Assembly (NCBI GenBank): GCA_012295275.1
Contig: CM022665.1
Location: forward strand, 28,706,001-28,770,000
Direction: 5' to 3'
From: Chrysomallon squamiferum
Lineage: Eukaryota > Animalia > Mollusca
DNA length: 64,000 bases
The notes beneath the pieces were generated by a model. The model was not told the DNA's origin and did no database searches. It saw only the letters and a program-made list of their open reading frames with translations. A program made the translations under genes and the position numbers. How positions within the stretch are numbered: the stretch's first letter is position 1; the number at the start of each line of letters is the position of its first letter. Positions 52,788-64,000 of this stretch are shown here, piece by piece.

Positions 52788-55700
52788 AGTAAAATGTATA
52801 CATACACATACACACAGGGAAATTATATCCACCCAAAAACAAAAAAAACCCCTGAAAACAACAACAAACAAACCACTAATAATAGATAAAATAAATATAT
52901 ATATATAAATAAGTAGGCCTATATTATATATAATTATGTCGGCTTGTGATATCATCTAGCTATGCCGAATAAATATAATCTTCACTGATATTGTTTTCAA
53001 AACATAGAGCACTTGCAGTTGTTTTATTTTATATTTTGTATATAAATAATAAGTATAATCTGCATACATACACACATGCATATTCATCTATATATTATTT
53101 GACAAATTCCTTCTAAAAAGGTTATATATATGACTGACTGAAAAAGAGAGAGAGGATCACACTTAAGATATATATATATGAATATTGTATGTATGCAATT
53201 TAGATAAACACTATCAGTTGATTTAATAATTAATAATTAAAGATAATTCCTTTAAAACAAATATAAAAGGAAGGTCTTTAAATATATAAGTAAAATAATA
53301 AAATTACTGATTATAGTTAAAAAACCATATTAAGTTAAAAATAAAGGTTTCAGCACTTTACTTGCTAAACATTTGATGTTCACATACTCAGACTGTAAAG
53401 AGTTTTTAAATGTGACTATTCTAGAAACAGTTTATATAATTTGAGAATGTTCTTTTATATTGCTAGAAAATATACTGGTGCTTAAGAAAACACATCTTCG
53501 ATGTACCCAAACATATTACATATCTTAAATTGATCTATTTTATTTACTTACTTGTGTATTTTTTATTTTTTTGTTACTGACACTTAACTGAGCTGTCATC
53601 ATCTGTTGAAACATTGGTTTTAAACATTTTAAAACATGTATGTAGTTATAAATCTCTTTAACCATACAGAGTTTTATTTGATTAATTGTTGGTAGTTTTC
53701 CCACTTAATAAAACATGATTTGTTCACTAGTGATAATTGATTGTGAAGACATGATGGAAAGATTAACCGTTTCATTATATGGTGTAATTAACATAATCTG
53801 ATTAAGCATATTATAAATATTTAAGTATATGTAGACTACTGATGGAATGGAAATTACTGTGACCTGCTGTGGAACACTGATGTTATGTTAAAACTAGTGT
53901 CACTTGGAGATAGTTGAACAATTTTTGTATTTTTACTAACCAAGTAGTGTCATTTACATTCTAAAGGTTTACAAAGAAAACACTTCACTTTTTTTTCAGT
54001 GTTTGAGAGGGTTTTTTTTTTTGTATATGTAAACTGTGTCTGTCATTTGTAAATAATGCAAGTAAGTTAATTAAATGTTTTAAGTAATAACATTTGCAGT
54101 GACAAGTGCACCTTTTTCATAAACTAAAATGCATGTACACACAATTCATTTCATATGTTTAAATGGTTATACACAAACCAGTATCTATACTTGTACATGT
54201 ATACATATATGCAGATCTAGACACACACACACACACACACACACACTTCCATCTATGCACACAAACAAACACACATATCCATCTACACACATACACACTG
54301 ATATACACAGATTAAGTTTTCCACAGTTCTGATGGAGGTATAAGTAACCTGCACATGCAGGTAGACTTGGAGTGAGGATGCAGGTGAAAGGGTGTTACGT
54401 TACTGCAAGGTATGTTCCTACACAGGAAGAAACGTCTTCAGAAGCAGAATGTGTTGATGAAATAAAAATAAAACCCCAGAGCTAACTTGCTGTGAAATTA
54501 CTTGCCAGGCAGGTAGTGAGGCAAGAAAAAAAAAAAAAAATGCTTTACTACTTCTTGTCTTATCTATGCTGAACATTTACCTTAGCATTCTTAATTCAGA
54601 AAGTCTCTGGTTGCCACCTAGTTTCATATTAAAATAGGAGAAATTTCATATTTAAATAAATAATAAGATGTTTTGCATTCTTCATTTTGTGATAATTATT
54701 TTTATTTTGTTTGGTTTGTTTTTGGTTCTGTGTTTGAACAGTTATCTAAAATACCAAAAACAACAATTTTGCAAATGTATTTTTTTCCCACAAAACTGTT
54801 ATGTCAAGTTTTACTGAAGTGGGGTATAAATAATTCCCATATTGTATAAAAATAAACTCTTGTCAGCACAATTTTATTTTATTGTTATTGTAATTTTATT
54901 TTTCATATCCTGATATTAAACATCTATAAGTGAATTTTTGATTAGCATAAACATCTAATGTATATCACATGTTGATAATGAATCTTCATATCAGATAAGA
55001 AGTTGGTGATGCAGAAAATGACACCTTTTCATAGTTGTGTAAGATTTTGTTAGAAAATGTACACAGGTGTCACCTTTGTTGAAATAAAAAAAATATTAAG
55101 GTTTTGTAAAGTTTAAAAAAAAAAAAAAAATTATGAAAACATGTTGGATATTTTAATTTGAAAGGAATGACAGTCATTCCCTTTCAGCATTGCAGAACAA
55201 CACAGGGTGAATATTTGTGTTCGTTACACACATTGGTGGAATTTACCTACTGTGTAAGATTTTAATAAATCACTTTAAGCCTGAGAACTTTACATTATTC
55301 TTTCTTTGAACATATCTTTTTCCCACAGATTCACAAGGAAATATCTATGTACAAACTGAAACAGAAACATAGGACCAAAAATTAAGAAACAAACATACTA
55401 AAATTTAAAACAACAAATAATGCTTATGACAACACTTCATTATGTTTACTTTGGTGGTATTGGTCTTAGTTGTATTTATGTTGGAAACAAAGAAAAGTGA
55501 AACACAATCTTATATTATTTTTCTATTGATAATTCCCATTTTAGTCTGTAAATAAATTGACTGAGCTGTAATTAAACAAAATGAAAGATTTTTTGTTTTG
55601 TTTTCCTTGCACAAGTACAGTGAGATCTTGTCAAGCATGAAGTAAATGGCCAGCTCAGATAGTGTTATATGAAAGTTAAGTATGTTTCTGAAGTTATAAC

Positions 55701-55918
55701 ATGGATGGATGGGCAGGATATTAAAATTTTAAAGAGTGCTGTATCAGCAGAATTGGGTTTAACGTTGAGGATAATTCAACAATCAGACATTACTAATAAC
55801 TCAGTTTTTTTAGTACATTATAATAATAAAATTTTAACAGTAAAATATTTTTTGTTTGTATCTTAGTTACTACTTAACAGCAATGTGTGGTTTCTGCAGA
55901 TGTCTTTAGAAATATATA

Positions 55919-55954
<36 letters not shown>

Positions 55955-55966
55955 TATTATTCTACA

Positions 55967-56200
55967 TAAGTAGTAAAATTCCAGTAGGTGTAGAATATAT
56001 TCATTTTAATTAAGCAGTAAAACTCCACTGCATGTTCAATGTATATATTCTGCTAATTAAGCAATTGAACTCCATTAGATGTACAATTTTACTAAACAAA
56101 CAGTAAAACTCTACTGCATGTACACTATATGCATTCTTCTAATTAAGCAGTAGAAAGGTACCTTGTAGTACTGGATAAGACATATACAGTACATTCTAGT
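55967..56200. repeat. Degenerate ~45-bp minisatellite, ~5 copies
   Basis: Recurring AAGCAGTAAAACTCCACTGCATGT..CTAATT units. Confidence 0.65.
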
Positions 56201-56255
56201 AGAATGGAACAGCAAAATATTTTTATGATCCAAACACAATTCTAATATACATGTA

Positions 56256-56591
56256 CAGGTACTGGACCAATTATCCGGACACCTTGGGGCCTGGGGCATT
56301 CCAGATTTCTGGATTTTTCAGTTTTCTGGTACCAAGGCATCTAAATACGTAAATAATTAGGCATAAACATTTTAAAATTAAAAACAAAGAAAATTGACAA
56401 TACACAACTGTGGCGACTCAACATGTAAACAATGTGGCGAGTGAATGAACACCACGCAGCTTGAAAGAGTAGTTCCGGTCTGGTGAAAACAACACCCACG
56501 TGCGCAAACTATGAAAATATCATCAGGAAAAAACCTCTGGTTTTCTGGTCTTTCTTGACTTCAGGATGCTGGATAATTGGCCTGGTACCTG
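56256..56591. mobile_element. Tigger-like MITE
   Basis: TA|CAGGTACTGGACCAATTATCCGG ... CTGGATAATTGGCCTGGTACCTG|TA. Confidence 0.8.
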
Positions 56592-58240
56592 TATTTGATA
56601 ATGCATTCTGTTTCAGCTGGTCCACATTGTGTATGTGTGCATTTCAATAACATTTATAGTGCAGTTTGTCAGTTTCCATTTTAAAAGTAGATTGTTGAAT
56701 TGGTAACTAATATAATGTTTTAGACCACAAATTCTAATATAAATGAGTTGTCAATTTCATTATCACTAAATCATATCTGATTAATATAAATAATAATTAT
56801 ATCACATAAAATTTACAATTTGTTTATGCTTGGTATATCTTAAGGAATGTCTTCTGTATCAAAGCATGAAATTGCATCAAGCTGTATTTGGAACAATATA
56901 AAAGGAAAATAAAATTTATATTCTTACATCCCGTTACAAATCAAATTATTTGCATTTATAAATTTTGTCCCCCTAAGGCACTGTTACAGTTGCATTTACA
57001 TCTTTATACTACCAAACCACCTTGGATAATAAAAAGAAAAACAAACAAATTAAACCCTAAGCTCAAACCAGTATAATATTGTATGTAATGATTTCTTATC
57101 ATTCACATAAGTGTGATCTAGTGATAACCTTGTTTATACTGATTTGGTGAAGTGTTTGTGTGTATACATTATGTATGACGACATTGACTGTAACATGTCA
57201 GTATAAAACACTGTGAATCTGGGACAGGCTAGATACCAATGTGGAATAAGTATTGATCAGTCTTCTGTATTAACATTTCTCAATAATGTACACAGAAACT
57301 GATGGAACAAATATGTCAATGAGTCTTTTGTATGCAAATATACGGTTTCTTCCAGTTGCATATTTTTCATTAGTTTCACAGTGTAACTAAACAGACTATT
57401 GATAATAATATCTGCTGATTTATGGGATTCAATAAATACTGTATTTTTAATGACATATACATGATTTTTATACACCAATATGGACATAATACCATCTAAA
57501 TGAAATCTGACTATGCAGCTGATGTATAAGTCATAAGCATAAATGAACTTGATGTATTTAATTTAAAAACAAATAACTGAAAGGTTAATAATTAATTTGT
57601 AAGCTGTAAGATCTGTCCATCTTTCTTCTTTCTCTCACACCAAAAAAAGAAGAAAAATCATAAAGAAATACAGCGACAACAAAAATATCTGCACACACAC
57701 ACAAACACCCCCCCCCACACACACACACACAAAAACAAAAAATAAAGATAAAAAAAAGTCCTTTCAAAATGTGAAAGAACTGTTAAAAATAATTTATTGC
57801 AATTGTTTTCTGGTGGAATTTATTTCACTTAACATTTCAGGAAGTTGCCACTGCAGTTGGTCTCTTACTGTACATTTATGAAAGTGTACAAGTTAAAGGG
57901 CTTTACTTTGTATCAGTTCAGAGGTTAACAGTTTTGACCTAAAACACTCCCATGGGGCCGACATGCTTGAGGGATGTGTCAACTGTGTAGTTACCAACTT
58001 TCATGAAAACACTAAGAAATTTGAATCCATGTAGAGTCATCCATAATACATAACTTCACACAAGCCATGTCACTGGCATCTTGTCAAGTTAAACATTATC
58101 TGTTAAATTACCAAATAGGCCTACTGATTGAAAGATTTCTTCTGAATGTTACCCCTTTAGATACTGTAATGGAAAAATTGCTCATAGTTCAGAATACACA
58201 TATCAGTTTTAAGATTTAAAAAATCTGCATGTTTGTAAGA

Positions 58241-58275
<35 letters not shown>

Positions 58276-61200
58276 TTTCTTAATATTCGTGGTTAACCTT
58301 TTATCCCAGTACTTCCATGGTTTGATGTGGTAAAAACATGGGATACTTTTTCTTCTTTTAATTCTTAAAAAAAAAAAAAACACATCTAAAAAACATTCTG
58401 TAATTTTTATAGACTTGTTATTGTTAAATAGAGGACATGTAGGCTATAAAATCAATTTATTTTATAATGTGATACATGATAAACATTTTTTAAAGATAGC
58501 TGTACGTGTAATATAAGCAGTTAACAACATCAGTCTGTCAGTGTTTGTTATCTGATGTGTATGGTAATTTCTAATCTTTCACTGTAAGAAAATAAATGAT
58601 TTATACATACCAAGTATATATTGTGTATTTGTTCATATATATGTATGTGCATGTGTCTTACTGTACTTGTCTGTTCATGTGTATTCATGCATTCTGCGTG
58701 TGTGTGTGTGTGTGTGTGTGTTTACATAATTATATACTTCTAGTATGAGTGATTAAAAACTAATTTAGATTTTGAAAGGTTATGTCAATTCATAATTTAT
58801 AATGTAGATAATAATGATATGCAAAATGTACTTTTCAATATATTTTAGATATTGAAAAAAGAAAAGGAAATATTAAACTGTTAAAAAAAAAAAAAAAAGA
58901 TTTATAATCAAGTTAAATATTGTTAGTGTGATTGTATGGCCCCAGCTGCAAAGACTAATTTTGTTTGGTAGCCTCTTAATTATGTGTATCGGTGTAAAAA
59001 TTGTCATTGCATGTTGAACTCTACTTGTTGAAGATTCTTGAGTAATAGTAACAATATATTAACAACATACTTTAATCTCTTAATGTTGAATGTGCTAATG
59101 ACCAAAATGGATCAAGCACAGAATTTAGCGACAGTTTTACAATAACAAAATCAGTGTTTTGATATAATAAAACATAAATTTAAAAAAGTTATTATTTTAA
59201 TTAAAAACCAATGAAAAAAAGGTTTGTATATATGCATAATATATGAAAAATGAATTTCAGTGAAAAAAACAACTTGTAAATGAAATCACAGAAAAAATTC
59301 TGAAATAAGAAAACGTATAATAAAAGATGACAGCCACATAATGTGTCTGTGTTTATATTAAACTGATCAGTTGAAATGTCACTAATCCTAGCATTAATTA
59401 GTGTCAGACCAGCAGGAGGAGATGTTAACAAGAAAAAGTAGTCATGAAGTTACAATCATGAGTAATCACAGTGATTAATTCATATCCGGGACACTATCTA
59501 ACTGCAGTTAGGATTGTTTACAAAACATTTAATTTCTATATTATTTTTATTTTTTATTTTTTTACTTTGTCTGATTGTTATTTAAAATAATATGGAAGAG
59601 TATTAAAATAGTTTTACTTGCCCAAGTCATAACATATTAACAGTGTTTCTGTAGACCTTGTTTAACTAAAAATAATGTAATATTTTTAATTTAATTTAAT
59701 TTAATTTTTGCTTACAAGATTTTTACATAAGCAGTTATATTTAGAATATTTGCACATAACATTAGAATTTCATATGTGTGTATTAAGAGTTACATTTGTG
59801 AAAAGAATGACATGACTTTGTTTGTTAAATGTGTAACAAAAGCTATATTTAGTCTAATGGCACACCTGTTTATTTTTTTTGGAATATCATAGGACTTCTT
59901 TGGCACCTGTAACATCAAGGTGAAACACTTGACCAAGATCCATTAAACCATATGTAATATCTAGCATATAGGTCTTGAAACATAACCTAAAACATTTATG
60001 TAATAGCAGTGTCAAAATTCACCCTATATTAGTTGAAAGGTGTGTGTATGTGTGTGTGTGCATGCATGTATGTGTGCATGTGTCCATGTGTGCTGTACAG
60101 GTATTTGAGCCTGTTATTTATAAACTAATTTCCAGCAAAGGAATATTTTTAATTAGGAAATTCATAAAAAAATTGGTGAATATTATTCAGTGTTTTGGTT
60201 TTTGTTTCATGTTGTAAAATAACAATATATGTCATTCTGACAATAAAGTAAATTACCTATACATTGTAGAAATGTTTTATTATTCCTTTTGTTTATTATT
60301 CATAATATTTAGTAGAGGATTAACATTCTGTATGATACCTTAAGTTCTCTGCAGTATTAATGTAACCAAAAATGTTTACTTACATTACTACATGTATTAA
60401 AAACTAAGTGGAGATAACTCTTTAACAACTAGGAGAAATTTGATACTGCTCTAAAAACCTACAAATGACACTGGCAGTTTAATCCCTTCAGAAGTATCAT
60501 CCTTAAATGTGACTTGCTTAAAATTGGCATTTAATTTACAAGTTTATTTAACAAAATAAGTAATTGCTTCATTGATGTAATAATTCTTAAATTAAATTAG
60601 CAATTTAATGTACTAATGCATAGATACTATCCTTTATATATAACTACAATTCTTAGTTGAAATGGTCCATAATGTTTGTGTAATCACAAATTTATTAAAA
60701 TTGTATAATGGTGTCAGTTAAAATTAGAAAAGCAAATTATTAATTAAAATTTGTAATTATTACTCCTGAAAAATCTTGAAAAGATGTATGTGTATGCATG
60801 TATTTACCTCTCTGTTATAAAAATAAGGTAATAAAAAGGTAAATGTACAGTAATACCATAATTTACTCGACATTGGTGTATTTCTCTTTTTTCTCTTTTT
60901 TTCTTTTTTTGAATTGGATATTAAAAATAAAATAGATACATAGTTCTGGGTTACAGCAGAATTTTCAAAATGCTAAAATATCCTAGGGATCATCTACTTT
61001 TACTGTTGTTCACATTATTGGCAATTATAGTGATGCCCACATTGGTAGTGAACAGCTTGAAAGGTAAAAGTTTTTCCAGTTCTTGCATTTCCTGATTCGT
61101 TTCATATTTTTCCATTACTCATGCCTCCCCATAAGACAAAGTCAGACTATTTGGGTACATATCATCAGCATCTTCACTTCACTTAGTATTGAAAACTGCA

Positions 61201-64000
61201 CACAATAAAAACAATTATATTTTTTTTTATCTGGGTGTGAAGTAACCATTGATTGGTATTTGTTACAGGTAATTGTTTTTCTGGGCCAGTAATTAAATCA
61301 AGAAATTAAACCAGCAGATTTAATCAGTTTGAACACCAATTTTTATACACATATTACAAGGGTTACCTAAATTCTTGTGGATCTGGGAGGTATGGTTAAG
61401 AGAATTCCAGTCTAATTGATTTGTGTAGATACAAAACACATTTAACACCCTGATCTGCACAGTATCAGTTATTCAGGATACTAACTTGTTGGAATGAAAA
61501 TAAAATTTAAAAATGAAATAACGAGTCAAACCATAAGACATTGATATTTTTGATATTTCAGACAAAGGGCAGCCACAGTTCACTCGCCAAAGTAAACATA
61601 AAACATTTCAATTTGTTTCCTGGGATATAATGTTTTGGGATGTATATGTTTATAGGAATCAAACCATAAAAAAAATATATTCATGAGTTACATGTCTTTT
61701 TACTGAAGATTCACCTGTCTTTCTTTGGGGAGTTGCTTCTCTTTATTTGGGGAGTTGCCTGACTAGTTTTTATGCTGATCTTGGTCATGCATGATTGACC
61801 CATGTGAAACATTCATTTGTTACAGTGATTCTTGAGGCTAGGCGGAGAAACTCTTTATTTTGTGGCTTCCAACATTACCTGAATAAAATTGGATTATTCA
61901 TAAAAAAACACTTGTTGACATATTCATTTATGGATTAAGTTCTTGTAGCTTTTACCCGCAGCTCTCAAAGTACATTTTTCAATAAATGGGATATGTGCCA
62001 GCAATATTTAGATGCATTTATTAATATATTCAGCTGTTGCATATTCTTATCTCCAGCATGACTTAATGGCCATGTGATGTGTACATGTATGGTTAATATG
62101 CACTAAGCATGCAGTGATAGTATGTTAAATGTTGCTATAATTAAGAACCATGCTGGAATAAATTACAGCAATTAGGAAATTTTAGAAACAATAAAATACA
62201 CTAATTTGCATTGTGAAGTTTCTAAGGAATAAAATTATACATAATGCAGCGTAAAATGTTTGAATATAGCTTGTTTTGCTAAGAAAGAACTGTTTTAAAA
62301 AAAAATAATATAACAAAAATATATAATAAATGCATTTAAAAAAAAAAAATTTGTAAATAAATTAACAAACATCTGTGCATGTGTGTGTGTGTATGTGTCT
62401 GGGTGAAATTATACAAAATTTTTGGACACTTTGTCATTAACTGAAATTAATAATCGCATTATTTTTAGTGATAAAATATTATCAACTTGGCTTTATACAT
62501 ACATACATACAACAGAGAGAAAGTATAGAGACCTTTGGGTCTCATTATGTTAAATTCTCATTCTCAAGGTTACAGTCATGTAAATATTGATTATTAAAAG
62601 TAATTAAATACTTAAATACTAGAAATTATAATTAACATACATTACCATTGCTTGCATATTGCACAGAACTTGAGGTCACTGTAAACCCGAATTTGTCCAT
62701 CATATTCTCTGCAAGTCAAAAAGTTGAAAATAAGTTCTAAACATCTTGTTAAATAACCTGTTTAAAGTTGACCATTGTCCAGCATCCAGCCTTGGACATC
62801 ATAGAGGATTCACACTGTGAAGAAAGAAAGAATGTGACAAAATTTGTCTCAAAACAAGTAGCTACACTAACATGTTCTGTATTGCTGGGCTTGTTAAACA
62901 AGTTTTTGTTGTGGACTGTAGAGTATTCATTTTGTGATTCACCATCTGTGTATTTACCAAAACTGTGTTCCTAATTACAGAGATAAATTTTATCACATTA
63001 GCTACACATTAAAGAAAACCACTTTATTGGAATTTAATGTTGTATAATTGTGTAAGCAGATAATAGATTTGACTAGAATGTCTCTACATATTTATAATTG
63101 TTTGATGGACAGTAACTGTTATATAATTTTTTTTTTTTTTTTTTTTAATGTGTTTATTTTTTTAAATGAAAGATGGATAATAATTATTTTGATACATTTA
63201 TATAAACAAATTTAGAATGATTAATAAAAAAGGAGCTGAATTATGTTTTTTTGTTTGTTAAATTTATATAGATGTTTCATGTGAAAAATAGATGTTTGCA
63301 GCACGTCATTCAAATCTGTTTTGTATTTCAGTTCTGACATTTTTATAGTCATTTTTACATGTACCTGTCTCTCACCATTTAATTTAAACTGGCTTACTGT
63401 TTGTACATTTTAAACTGCTTCCTCAGGTTAACAAATTGAACTGTTTTGCTTAGATTTATAAATGTGTAATCTGAGTTATCACTGGAATTGTATTATGATA
63501 CAAGAAACCATCATTTATTACTGCAATTGATGTTGAAGATGTCAGTGTTGAAATTGGAAAGATAAAGAAGTGTATTTACATGACAGGTAATGTGTTTTGA
63601 CAGTCAACCTGTACACAGCTATCAAAGCTTGACAATCAGACCGTTTTCTCAAATATTTTATTACACTTCAGCTCTAGAGTGAAGGAGATGTTATCAAAAC
63701 ATTAAAAATTTCAGTTCAGAGGTTCGGAGTATCATCTTCATCTTCTCTTTTTTAAATTCTGTATTTTTCATTTTTTTTGTTATTTGTTTGTTATTATTTT
63801 GACTACATTGTGTAGGCTGCTGTAAGACCTTCATGACCGTGTCCCATGAAGAAGAAAAACAAGCTTATTTCACATACATGTGCACAGTGAAGCCATATGA
63901 ATTGAAAGGTTGGCAGTGACAACTGGTTGGCACACTTGTGCATTTGCCGGATAATACTTAGTCTTTTGACTTACACTTGAATTCACAGAAATATTCAGTT

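Noticed and set aside
54426-54485. EETSSEAECVDEIKIKPQS* as exon 2 after M-D-E
   Set aside because: It would give a 22-aa product with a weak acceptor; unsupported.

Overview
AT-rich, microsatellite-rich, intron-containing animal genomic DNA; SINE remnants suggest a mollusc, possibly a gastropod (inference from memory). Most ORF-track entries are spurious because the real genes are spliced. By reading splice sites and intron phases by hand I reconstruct four genes: (1) a 12-exon minus-strand, highly divergent Rel/NF-kB-family gene (~490 aa; RHD + IPT + NLS, no ankyrin repeats; 20629->11386), with a duplicated cluster of kappaB-like sites in its putative 5' introns, one copy in the loop of a ~350-bp palindrome; (2) a minus-strand 247-aa orphan with a single coding exon (26275->25532); (3) a two-exon plus-strand 98-aa secreted six-Cys PAN/apple-like mini-protein absent from the ORF track (29020-35148), with up to three decayed look-alikes elsewhere in the window; (4) a 16-exon minus-strand SDCCAG8 orthologue (~731 aa; 51522->39167), head-to-head with the probable first exon of a plus-strand gene (~52.2 kb). 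Introns and intergenic DNA carry many non-autonomous DNA transposons (Tigger/pogo, Tc1/mariner, Tc2-like, hAT-like), SINE fragments, mini- and microsatellites. No rRNA, tRNA or CRISPR array seen. No database search was run; family names come from motif recognition.
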